Source: Caecitellus pseudoparvulus
Taxonomy: Eukaryota > Protista > Bigyra: Bicosoecida
Direction: 5' to 3'
Assembly (NCBI GenBank): GCA_965644315.1
Contig: CBFFRQ010000044.1
Span: 62,001 to 126,000 of the forward strand
Length of the DNA stretch: 64,000 bases
The first letter of the stretch is position 1; each line of letters begins with the position of its first letter. A model generated the notes under the pieces. It was not told where the DNA came from. It saw nothing but the letters and a program-made list of their open reading frames with translations, and ran no database searches. The position numbers were made by a program, and so were the translations under genes. Shown here in pieces: positions 35,661-46,508 of this stretch.

Positions 35661-37381
35661 ATGGCCACTGCTCGCCTCATCACGACGCCCATTTATTACT
35701 GCAATGCTCGTCCCCACGTGCGTGCTGGCGCTACGTGGGGCAGGTGCGGAAATCGACACCAGACCAGAGCAAGCTTCACGCCGCCCCTGCCCCGCTGCAG
35801 ATTGGGCACGTCTTCTCCACGGTGCTGGCAGACACGTTGGCTCGATACCAACGCATCGCTGGCTTTGAAGCGGTGCTGTCCACGGGCACCGACGAGCATG
35901 GCATGAAGGTGAGGCGTGCGCTGGCACTTGATGCTTCGCGGATGCCACGGCGCTCCCACCGCTCTGCACAGGTGGCGCAAGCTGCCGCCGAGCGCGGCAT
36001 GACCCCTGAGCAGCACGTGGCAGACACGGCGCGGTCCTTCCAGGACACCTTTGCTGCGTTTCACGTGCACCCCGACCGTTTCGTGCGCACCTCCTCGGCC
36101 GAGCACACTGACGTGGCGCAGTGGCTGTGGCGCCGCCTGCAGGATCGGGGCGCCATCTACCTCGGCCAGCACGAGGGCTGGTACTGCATGTCGGACGAGA
36201 CGTTCGTGCCTGAAGCCAGCACGCGGGTGACCTCGACAGGGCAGCGCGTGGTGGACTCCCCCACTGCCCCGGCCGTCACCTGGACCAGCGAACCCAACTA
36301 CAAGTTCAAGCTGGCGCAGCACATCCCCGCAGTGCAGGCATGGCTACAGGGGGGCGCCCTGTCCCCGTCCTCCCGCCTGCCTGAGGTGACGGGCATGCTG
36401 GCCTCCTTGGGCGCCGGCAGTGACTTGAGCGTTTCTCGCCTGGCCTCCTCAGTGCCATGGGGCATCCCCGTCCCATCAGACCCCGCCCACACCATGTACG
36501 TGTGGCTGGACGCCCTCGCGAATTACCTGACGGCGGCCGGGTACACGACAGGGTCGCCGGTGGCCGCCTGGCCGCCCTACACGCAAGTGCTGGGCAAGGA
36601 CATCACCAAGTTCCACGCCGTGTACTGGCCAGCCTTCCTGGCCGCAGCGGAGCTGCCCCTGCCCCGACACCTCCTCACGCACGCGCACTGGACGGTGGAG
36701 GGCGTGAAGATGTCCAAGTCCTTGGGCAACGTCGTCACACCCCAGCAGCTGTTGGACGCGTACCCCGCCGACCAAATCCGGTACTTCCTCCTGCGGGATG
36801 GGGGGGTGGTGAAGGACGGCGCTTTCTCGCCCGACGCCCTGCACGCCCGCGCAGAGGCAGAGTGCGCCAACACCCTCGGCAACCTGGCTTCCCGTGTGAC
36901 CAGTGCACGCCTGCTGCCGGGCCAGGTTGTGCCGGCCTGTGGTCCCCTCTCTCCACAGGCCCAGGAGGCCATGTACACTGTGCGAGGGGCGGCGGTGCAG
37001 TTCGAGGAGAGCATGGAGGAGGAGGACGTGTCGGCGGCCCTGGCAGCGGTTATGGACGCGGTGAGTGACGTGAACCGTTACTTCTCAGCGGCCGAGCCGT
37101 GGAACCTGGTGCCCGGCAAGGCACGAGAAGACGCGCCTGCCCTGGCCACTGTCCTGTACGTGACGCTGGAGACACTGCGGTGGGCAGGCATCGCCCTGCA
37201 GCCAGCCATGCCCCTTGCTGCTGCTGCGTTGCTGGACCGCCTGGGCGTGCCGGCCGACCAACGCAGCCTGGAGCACGCTGAGCCGTTCGGGGAGTGGGCG
37301 CTACTGGCCGATGCCCCCCTGGGGCCGGTCCCGGAGGGGGGCTTCAAGCTCTTTCCCCGGGCTGGACAGCACCTTTCCTGA
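35661..37381 (+). CDS. MARS2: Methionyl-tRNA synthetase, organellar/bacterial type (3 exons)
   Basis: ITTPIYYCNARPH-IGH (HIGH motif split by an intron), GTDEHG, WGIPVP, YVWLDAL, GKDITKFH, KMSKSLGN. Confidence 0.93.
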
Positions 37382-37540
37382 CGGGCCAATCCAACACAGG
37401 CGCACAAGTGCTTCACCACACTGACTTTGCCGGCGGTACAGGCCAAGCCAGGGCTGGTTTACCCCTGCGCAAGAACTGGCTCAAACGGCCAGTGCCACGG
37501 TGTTGAGGGCGCTTTCGCAGGCCACCTGACCCCCAGCATC

Positions 37541-38595
37541 ATGGATCGCACAGCTGATTTTATGTCCATGGTGCAGCAGGAGTCCGCTGCCTTGGGCGGG
37601 CAGGCCGCCACACGGGTGAGTGCGCCACGTGAAACGCCGCTGGCACGCCAGCACGCCACGGCCCGTCCCCCACAGGCTGCGCCACCGCCGCCACCACCCT
37701 CGCAACTGGCCCAACGAGTCGGCACCATATCGAAAGCGCTGCATGAGACGTCCCTGAAGCTGGCTCAGCTGACGAAGAGTGCGTCGTGCGGCGGCGCTGC
37801 CTGGCCCAAACCCAACCTCACGTCGGCCGCCGCTCCCCCCCCCCTCCCTGTGCAGTGGTGCGGCACCGTGGCATGCTGCGAGACGCCTCCACCGCCATCA
37901 ACTCCCTCACCGTCGGCATCAAGCGCGACATCACGACGCTGGACGAGCACCTGCGTGCGCTGGAGCGGTCCCCCGTGGCTGGCCCGCCCGCCCTGGCTGC
38001 CCACCGCCACAGCATGGTGGACACACTGCAGCACAAGCTGTGCTCCACCACTGCAGACTTCCACGCCATCCTCAAAGACCGCACAGCCGCCATCGCCTCT
38101 GTCTCCCAGCGCCAGGCTGTCTTTGGCGGCGCAGCGGCGCTGGGCAAGCCCCTCGCCTACACAGCCGCCCCCGCCCCCCCCGCGCCCACCGATGAGCAGA
38201 CACCCCTCCTGCCACAAGGCTCGCCGAGGGGGGGGGGCGGTGCCACGGCGCCCCGGGCAGAGGACGCCTTCGCACAGGTGAACCTGCAGGCTGTCTCGGC
38301 GTCGCGCGGCACGCAGCAGTACTTCGACGCACGGGCGCAGGAGGCAGCGGCAGTGGAGGGCATGGTGCGCGAGATGGGGGGGCTGTTCCAGCGCCTGGCG
38401 GGGCTGGTGGCGGAGCAGGATGCCGCCGTGGCGCGGCTGGAAGACCAGTCTGCCAGTGCGCTGGAGGCGCTGGAGGCGGGGCAGCGGGAACTGGTGCGGC
38501 ACCACGAAGCTGTGTCGGACAGCAGGTGGCTGGCAGCCAAGGTGGCGGGGGTTCTGGTCACGTTCGGCGTGGTGTTCACCATCTTCATTGCGTGA
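37541..38595 (+). CDS. STX5: Syntaxin-5/Sed5 Qa-SNARE, multi-exon
   Basis: N-peptide MDRTADF, TSLKLAQLTK..INSLTVGIKRDI, SNARE motif and C-terminal TM RWLAAKVAGVLVTFGVVFTIFIA. Confidence 0.88.
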
Positions 38596-38739
38596 GACTG
38601 CGTGCTTGGCAGCGCCAGCGCCATGCACTGCAGGCACGCCCTCACAATACAAACCGCCGCGCCATGCACACACTGCACTGCTCGGTCTGACAGCCTTGCG
38701 CTCTGCAGACACGCCCTGCGACCCCTCGCGCCGGTGGCC

Positions 38740-39110
38740 ATGGCGTACAACCCCAGCACAAGTGGCCACGGGCCAAGCACGCAGCACTTCACAGACTCCC
38801 TGTACACGTACCTGCAGGTGAGTACACATGCGTGTGTGGCAGGGGGCAAGGCAGTCTAGTTTGCAGTATGCGCTGTGCAAGGCTGCGTGCGCGCCCTCCC
38901 ACGCAGTATGTCAAGTTGACTCGATCCGGCGGGGCGAGCCAAGCAACGCCAACTTCCGCAGGCGCCCTGCCAACCAAGCCAGAGCCCCCTGGCGCCATCC
39001 CGACGCTTGTGTACGATTTCGAAGAGGACAGGCGTGTTGCCGGCGTCATTGAGAGGAGTTTGAGGGCTGATGCCAATGAGGAGGAGACGTGGGCCAGCAT
39101 GCGCGGGTGA
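38740..39110 (+). CDS. Small hypothetical protein (~93 aa, 2 exons)
   Basis: GCCATGG start; strong GTGAGT..CAG intron 38818-38906 preserves frame to stop at 39110. Confidence 0.55.
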
Positions 39111-39486
39111 CGGGGAAGTTGCAAGGCAATGGGCTGGCGGCTGCGAAAAAGGGCGCCCAGCACGCCTTGGCATTCAGGGGGGGGGGGGTCCGGAGGCAGC
39201 CAAGCTCTGGAACCATCACTTGCACACAACTTGAAGTCCCGCTGCATATCGCTGACCTGCACTGCTGACCCGCACGTCGCTCTCGTGGCACTGCGCCTGG
39301 TGCCGAGTGTGGCAAGAAATTCACCACCGCTGCACGCCGAGCCGTCGCGCCGGCCCGCTGCCGTGCCGACCCCGCATGCTTGCTCGCTGCTCAAGGGCAG
39401 TGTGTCTTGCACTTCGAGGGCCGCGCTTCACCAAGCAGCCCCGCCTTGCTGCGGCTGTGAACACGCAGCCATTCGAAGGGGGAGGC

Positions 39487-41477
39487 ATGGCAAATTCCGC
39501 AGGGGAGCCCATCCCGCCCACCCTGGCGGCGGAGGAGGGCCTGAAGACCATCACAGAAGGTGCGGCAAGATAGTTCCCTGGTCAATTCCCATGCTGGGGG
39601 AGCGCGCCACCCACATCCGCGCCAGGCATGAGCTTCGAGCATGCACGACTGTCCTGCCCCTCACAGGTGCTGCCTCGGTCGTGTACGGCGCCACCAGCGA
39701 CGTCTTCTACAACCCGGCCCAGGTGTTCAACCGAGACCTGACCGTGCTGGCCATCGCCCAGCATGCAGCTGACCGTGCTGCCGCCATGGACGCTGCCGCC
39801 CAGGCCAAGGAGGCCCGCCGCCGCGCCAGCCGGGACACGAGCACCGCTCTTGGCGCCATGCACGCAGCACGGTGCGCCAAGGCGCCAGGACAGGCGGAGA
39901 CACCCCTGCCGCCGACAGACCCTGCCTCCATCCTGGGCATTGAAATCCTGGAGGCCCTCGCCGCCACAGGCCTGCGCTCAGTGCGGTACGCGAAGGAGGT
40001 GCCTGGTGTGGCGGGCGCGCTGGCCAACGACCTCAGCTCGCTGGCAGTGCAGAACATGCACCGGAACATCACCTTCAACGGACTGGACCCGGACATCGTC
40101 CGCCCTGTGCAGGGCGACGCAGTGGACCTCCTGCGTGCCCACGCCGCCCGCAGTGCGCGAGTGGATGTCGTGGACCTGGACCCCTACGGCACAGCGGCGC
40201 CCTTCCTGGATGCCGCCATCGGCGCCGTGACAGATGGCGGCATGATGTGCATCACCTGCACCGACATGCAGACGCTGGCAGGGGGCAACCTGCACACGGC
40301 CTGGAGTCGGTACGCCAGCATGCCGCTGAAGACATACGCGTGCCACGAGCTAGCCCTGCGCATGCTGCTGAACGCGGTGGCCAGTGCGGCGTCCCGGCAA
40401 CGGGCGAGTATTACGCCCCTGCTCAGCCTCAGCGTGGACTTCTACATCCGCGTCTTCGTCAAGGTGCACCAGAAACCTGCCAGCGTGCACGCCCTGCCCG
40501 CCCAGCTGGGCTTCTTGCGCCAGTGCACAGGCTGCCACACCCTCACGCAGCAGCCCATGGCCCGTCCCAAGAGCAGCAAGAAGGCCACTGCCCCGCCGAA
40601 GTGGGGGGCAGGCAAGGTGTCAGGGGCTGGGCTGGCGGTGAATGCCGCCGGCGAGGCTGTCTGTGGCCACTGCGGGGGGGGGCTCCTGCAGGGGGGTCCG
40701 TTCTGGTTGGGCCCACTGCATCACCCGCCCTTCGTGAAGGGGGTCTTGGACCGCCTGGTGGAGGGGGGGGTGGAGGGGGCGACAGGGGCCCCCCCAGCTG
40801 GGGAGGACCGCTTGGCCCCTCGTGGTGCCGTGTGGGGCAGTGCCGCATCCCCCCTCACGCAAGCGCCTGAGGGGGGGGGGAGTGGTGCCACCCCCCCCCT
40901 CACAACCCTCACGCGGGGTGCCGGGCAAGACGCGGGCAGCAACAGTTGCCAGACGGTGGCAGCCAGCCGTGCGCGCCTGGTGGGCGTGCTGCGAGCCATG
41001 CAGGCCGAGCTGCCGCATGCGCCTCTGCATTGGGATGTCTCCAACATGGCCAGCGTTCTGAAGGTAACGCCGCCCAAGCAGGACTGGGTGGCGGACCGCC
41101 TGGCCGCGGCAGGGTACGCCACCTCGCCCACACACACAGCAGCTGGCTGTCTGAAGACAGATGCGCCTGGTGTGGCTGTCTGGGATGCCATGCGGCAGTG
41201 GGCTGCGGAGAACCCGCCCTCCGAGTCAAGCCGTGCGTTGGAGACGCCGGGAAACGCCATCCTGGCACAGGAAGTCACCACGGACTTCACTGCAGGCGCC
41301 GGCGCGAGCAAGGTGGGCGGATCCAAGCGGCGTGGCATGTTCAAGGCGGCGCCCACTGCGTCCTGGGGCCCTCGCTCCCGGGCAGTGGCTGGCGTTGCTG
41401 ACGTGCCAGCGGCTGCTGCAGGTGGCGAAGCGGCGGCGCCTGAGCCCTCTGCCAAGAAGCCCCGCAGTGAGGCCTGA
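39487..41477 (+). CDS. TRM1: tRNA (guanine26-N2)-dimethyltransferase
   Basis: VFYNPAQVFNRDL, ILEALAATGLRSVRY, DLDPYG, CTD, HELALR, PLLSLSVDFYIRVFV, CxxC..CxxC zinc ribbon. Confidence 0.95.
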
Positions 41478-41497
41478 CGCGATCTGTAGGGCGCACT

Positions 41498-41905
41498 CTA
41501 GCCCAGAATCAAATCCACACAAATGATGAAGATGTTGGCGGCGATGAGGGGCACTGTGGCGGGCAGAGGGCGTCACGTGGAGCGCGGCCTCCCAACGCTC
41601 GCGAAACGCTGCCAGCACGTACTCTGCATGTACCGCATCGTGAAGAGCAGGCCAGAGGCCTGCTTCTTCAGGCTGTCTTCCCCCCCATCCATCGGTGCTC
41701 CGAAGCCGTCCATCTGCTGTGTCGTGGCTTGCGGTGTCAAGCCATCTGTGTGCGCAGCGCGGAGTGCACTGTGTGGTGGCGCAGGCGCTCCCGACCCCGC
41801 TGCCACGAACGCACACTTGGACAGGAAGCGCTTCTCATTCAGCACAGTGAGTGCGTTCATCACCAAGAGCGCCGCCTTCAGCAAGCTGTACAGGGTGAAG
41901 CCCAT
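41498..41905 (-). CDS. YOS1: Yos1/IER3IP1-like ER-Golgi membrane protein (3 exons)
   Basis: LLKAALLVMNALTVLNEKRFLSK...SLKKQ...PLIAANIFIICVDLILG*. Confidence 0.88.
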
Positions 41906-42156
41906 CGTTCCCGGTCGTGGCAAGCTGGTGTATGGGGCTTGTTCACACCTTCCTTGGCGGGGGGTGCACAGGGTGAAGAAAGGGAAGTGGGGGGGTGCAG
42001 AGGACTAACTCTGGCACTTTTTAGGTGTGTGAAATGTGCCAGCCCTGCTCCAGTGGTCGAAGCCAGCCCTGCACCGGCCCGCGTCACGCCTCGCCACCGA
42101 AGGCTTGACAAGCACCTCCTCGAAGGCCTGCCGGCACAGCAGAGGAAACGATCGCG

Positions 42157-43058
42157 ATGGCTGCTGCGACGGACGCAAAGCAGATCCATGCGGCTGTGTA
42201 CCAGTTTCTGGTGCGCAGTGGCTTGAATGGTGCCGCTGAGGCGCTCCTGAAAGACCTGCACGCTGTGAGTGGTGTTCCCCATGCGGAAATTGCCTCCTTC
42301 CCTTCCTGCGCCGCACCGAACATGCGCCGGCCTGCACCTGCTGCACACCCCTCCCGCGTGCCTCCCAGAAAGCCACCGACTTTCATGATGCCCCTGACCT
42401 CATGACCCTCGTGCACCCCCCTGCTGCTGCCCCAGCAGCAGCTCCCTTGGGCGGCTCCAAGCGCGGGCGTGCCGAGGAGAGCTCGTCGGACAGCGACAGC
42501 AGCAGCGACAGCAGCAGCGACAGCAGCAGCGAGGAGGAGAGCTCTTCCTCTTCTGAAGAAGAAAGCTCCAGCGATAGCAGCAGCAGCAGCAGCGAGGAGG
42601 AGAGCTCTTCCTCCTCGTCTGACTCCGACTCCGATTCGGACTCGGACTCAGACACGGCCCCCCCCGCCGCCAAGAAGTCTCGCAAGACTGACTCCAGCAG
42701 CGATGACTCCAGCAGCGATGACTCCAGCAAGAAGGCAGCCAAGACGCCTGCACCTGCACCTGCCCCCGCCGCCGTCACACCGGCGCCACGCAGCAGCGGC
42801 AAGAAGCAGCGAGGCTCCGGCACGCCCTTCCGGCGGGTGAAAGACGAGGACTACGAGGAGTTCCTGAGCACCAATGCGGACTTGGCGGACAACAGCTACG
42901 ACGCGGCCTTCGGCGAGTCGGGCTGGGGCAAGCGGGCCAGCGACATCCTGGTGCAAGTGCGCGGCAAGGACTTCCGCCACGGCAAGACCAAGATGAAGCG
43001 TGGCTCCTACCGTGGTGGCAAGATCGACTCGGGCGCCGTGCGCTCCATCAAGCTCTGA
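42157..43058 (+). CDS. SRP40: Nucleolar phosphoprotein Nopp140/SRP40 (2 exons)
   Basis: LisH-like N-terminus (VYQFLVRSGL), Ser/Asp/Glu tracts, C-terminal PFRRV..DNSY..WG.RA..L..VRGKDFRHGKTKMKRGSYRGGKID. Confidence 0.92.
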
Positions 43059-43118
43059 GCCGGCAATGCATTCACACACACGAGCCAGCAGCAGGCAACG
43101 ACTCAGGGAAGACCAAGC

Positions 43119-43710
43119 TCAGCCAAGCACGATGGAGCTGCGGCCGCCAGGCGCTGAGAGCACGCGTGAAGAAGGGCGGTCGGAGATGAAGTTGCCTGTG
43201 CAGTGCCAGCGGGCGCGGGGACGTGCGGAGGGTGCGCAGAAGGCCAGCGTTTCTGCGGCACAGCGTTGCGAAACGCCACACGCACCTGTGTTTTGGCTGG
43301 CGCCGTTCGCGAAGGCGTTCTGGGACACACCACGACGGTATGCAGCAGAAACGATGGGGTCCTTGTTCTCCTTGGCGGGAGGGGCCGTCCCAGCGGGAGT
43401 GTACGCGGCAACAGGGGCTGTTGGCTTGGCGATGACCGCAGGCGCGCTGGTTGGCTGTGCGGCAGGGGTCACCTTGGGCGCTGTGTGGGCAGCCTGGGCA
43501 GGGGGCTCAGCCCAGCCGAAGGAGATACTGCTTGCACCGCCGGGAGGCGCCAGGCGGCGCGTCGTGGAGCGGCCAGTCATGACGTTGCCTGTGGGGTGGC
43601 GCGGTGGCGTGTCAGGGCAGGCGTTACGGTGGCAGGCACGCAGCGAGCGCACCTGTGTTCTGGCTGGCACCAGAGGCGTAAGCGTTAGCAGACCGAGATG
43701 AGTATGCCAT
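43119..43710 (-). CDS. SPIRAL1-like small microtubule-associated protein (3 exons)
   Basis: Two copies of N(A)(Y/F)AxGASQNTGNxxxxRxxxRxxxxPGGxSSI; introns 43589-43652 and 43196-43285. Confidence 0.75.
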
Positions 43711-44214
43711 GGTTCTCTGCGAATGGGCGCGGGGCTTGCCTGGCTTGCCTGGCCTGCAGGAAGCGCGCGCAGCGGTGTCACTCACGGGAGTGGCGGGCGT
43801 GAAACGCGAGGATGGAGCACGGACGCTGAAAGCGCTGTGGAGGTGTGTGAGGAGGTGAGTGGGGTGCAGTGTGGTGAGGTAGGGGTGCAAATGTGAGAGT
43901 TTGTTTTTGACTCACAATGTCTGCGGTGCGGCGCTTTAGCACATGCAGCAGCCGGCCGAGGCAGTCTTAGATTTGCCTGTGAACTGAGCGGCCCTACTTT
44001 GCTTGTGACATTTTACGCAAGAGAACACCCTGCCCCAACAAAAATACAAAACGCACGCCACCAAGAGCAGTGATCGCACGATCTCCAGGCATTTCTGCGC
44101 TTGCAGCTCTGTGCCCTGCCTGGACACTGCAGAAGGCAGCTGCGTCGGACACGTGTGTGTGCGGAAATTGGTCCCCCTCTGACGAGCCTGCGTTCTCGGC
44201 AGAGACGCCGCACC

Positions 44215-46380
44215 ATGCATGGCAGCCGCGCCACAGCGGCGGCAGGCCTCATCAAAGCAGCAAAGGCCTCCAATGCACAGGTGCTGAACGCTTTCGCTGC
44301 CCTCATGGGACACGGTGAGCCTGCCCTTGGCCAGGACTCCGCCGTGCACTTGGAAGGCAGCCAGCCGTCCCTGTCCATTGGCACACAGCACCTGTCGCAG
44401 CGGGAGGTGCTGCGGCTGCTCGCCTGTGGCGGGGTGTACACCCAGCCCAGCATCAGGGTGTGCCTGCCCTGCGGTGGCGTGCTGGAGCCTGCAGAGGCAC
44501 ATGTGACGACGCAGCTGGTGGCCTGCTGCCAGCACGTGCTGGCGCTGAGCCACGTGGCTCTCACCTTCCGCTGCCCCGAGGGCGCGGCAGACGTCACCGT
44601 CGCGCTGTCCACTCCACAGCCACCCTCCCACCCTGTGCACGAGGGGGCTAGTGCACTGCAGGCTGCCCAGTCGGCTGTGCTGCGCGCTTCCCTGTGCGTG
44701 GCCAGTGGAGCGGCGCGTCAGGAGCCACCCACTGCGCCTGTGGCCCTGGACAGCCCCCTGAGCCCGCCTCTGGACAGCGAGCGCACCTTCACCCTCTCCT
44801 ACCGGCTGCCAGTGCCGCCTGGGTGGGAGGGTCACGTCGCCATGCTAGCCCTGCCTGCACCTGCCGCAGCCCGAGGCAGTGCCAGCCTCTGGTGTGCCGA
44901 CCCCTGCCCCCTCATCTCAGTGGAGGGCTTCACACAGCCGCTGAAGGCGCCGTCAGCCCAGTCCCCCGCCTGCCCACCCTGTCTGGCGGGGGCTGCGCAG
45001 CCCTGGCGGTGTGTGGCGGTGGCGCAGTGGGGTGCTAGCTCACCCGACCATGGAGCGTGCGTGCTGGGCGTGTGTGCTGCGCTGGCGCCGTCCCTGGCAC
45101 ACGCGGCAGGGCTGTGGAGTGACCAAGCACGTGGGCGGGGTGAAGAGTCTGTGGCTCACATGCCGCTGGTGGAGGGGTCGTTGAGCCCCCCTCCGGTTGG
45201 CCCCTTACCCCCCCTCACCCTGCCCCGGCACCTGGCTCTCATCATGGACGGCAACGGGCGGTGGGCCAAGCGCCACGGCCTGCCGCGCAGCAAGGGACAC
45301 ACGGCAGGGGTGGACAGCATCCACCGCGTAATACGCGCCGCCCGGCGCCTCGCCATCCCCACCCTCACCCTGTACGCCTTCTCCTCCCAAAACTGGGCCC
45401 GCCCAGCCGGCGAGGTGGCGCACCTCATGCAGCTGCTGGAACACTTTGTGTTCCACGACTGCCAGCAACTCGTGGACAATGGCGTGCGCCTGGTGACCCT
45501 GGGGGACACGGGGCGCCTGCCGCCTGCGGCTCGAGATGGACTGCGGGCACTGGCCGCCACGTCAGCGGGCAACACCGCCCTCACCCTTGTGCTTGCACTG
45601 TCCTATGGCGGGCAGGAGGAAATCGCAGCGGCGGCAGGAGAGGCGGCGCAGGATGTCCTGGACGGCAAGCTGTGCCCTGCTGCGCTGGGGGAAGACGTGG
45701 GGGTGTTGGGCGCGTACATGCCCTTGCACCGGGCGGGCCTGCCAGATCCCGACCTGCTCGTGCGCTCGTCGGGGGAGCTGCGCCTGTCCAACTTCCTCCT
45801 GTGGCACATGGCGTACGCGGAGATCTGCGTCACGCCCGTCCTGTGGCCAGACTTCTCCGAGGCGCACCTGGTCGCTTGCATCGCAGACTTCGCCAGCCGC
45901 CAGCGCCGCTTCGGGCTGACAGGGGAGCAGGTGAACGGGGAGGACACGGGCGCACTGCCCAGCACGCCGCCTGCTCTGCCGCCCAAGCTGCCACCGCCCT
46001 CGCCCTCTGCAGCACGCGCCACCTCTCCCACTGCCGCCCATGTCCTGGCGGCGGCACAGCGCACGGTGGGGGGCAGTGGGCCGGGGTGGTTGGCGGCCTG
46101 GGCTGGCGTGGCGGCACTGCTGGCCACAGCAGCACCACTATGCTCCCTGCCCGCCTTCAAAGCGCCGCCGTTGCCAGCTTGCCTGGCCCCTGGCCCTGCC
46201 CTGGGTGGGGCGGCGTGTCTGCCCATCACACCCCAAGCGGCCGCTCAGGCGGGGGGGGTGTGGCTGGTGTCATGCCTGTGGGCAGCGCTGGCTCAGGGCG
46301 GGCTGGGGGTGGTCTTCTTGGTGCTGGTGGCAGTGGCCCTGGTGGCTGCGCCCCATGCGCTGGTGGGTGGCAGTGTGTGA
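44215..46380 (+). CDS. cis-prenyltransferase (UPPS-type) with unknown ~330-aa N-terminal domain and hydrophobic C-terminal tail
   Basis: PRHLALIMDGNGRWA..GH..G, TLYAFSSQNW.RP..EV, ALSYGGQEEI, PDPDLLVRSSGELRLSNFLLW, RQRRFG. Confidence 0.9.
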   Translation: MHGSRATAAAGLIKAAKASNAQVLNAFAALMGHGEPALGQDSAVHLEGSQPSLSIGTQHLSQREVLRLLACGGVYTQPSIRVCLPCGGVLEPAEAHVTTQLVACCQHVLALSHVALTFRCPEGAADVTVALSTPQPPSHPVHEGASALQAAQSAVLRASLCVASGAARQEPPTAPVALDSPLSPPLDSERTFTLSYRLPVPPGWEGHVAMLALPAPAAARGSASLWCADPCPLISVEGFTQPLKAPSAQSPACPPCLAGAAQPWRCVAVAQWGASSPDHGACVLGVCAALAPSLAHAAGLWSDQARGRGEESVAHMPLVEGSLSPPPVGPLPPLTLPRHLALIMDGNGRWAKRHGLPRSKGHTAGVDSIHRVIRAARRLAIPTLTLYAFSSQNWARPAGEVAHLMQLLEHFVFHDCQQLVDNGVRLVTLGDTGRLPPAARDGLRALAATSAGNTALTLVLALSYGGQEEIAAAAGEAAQDVLDGKLCPAALGEDVGVLGAYMPLHRAGLPDPDLLVRSSGELRLSNFLLWHMAYAEICVTPVLWPDFSEAHLVACIADFASRQRRFGLTGEQVNGEDTGALPSTPPALPPKLPPPSPSAARATSPTAAHVLAAAQRTVGGSGPGWLAAWAGVAALLATAAPLCSLPAFKAPPLPACLAPGPALGGAACLPITPQAAAQAGGVWLVSCLWAALAQGGLGVVFLVLVAVALVAAPHALVGGSV

Positions 46381-46508
46381 GAGGCGGCGTGTGTCGCGCA
46401 GTGCGGCAGCGAGCTCACAACACCCTCCACCAGCACTGCCAGCAAGGCTTGTGCCTTGGCCAATGCACCGCACCACCACTGCCTGCGCACGGAGCACGTG
46501 GCACCAGC

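Noticed and set aside
42480-42730. AGC/GAC-rich simple repeats
   Set aside because: Explained as the Ser/Asp/Glu tracts of Nopp140/SRP40
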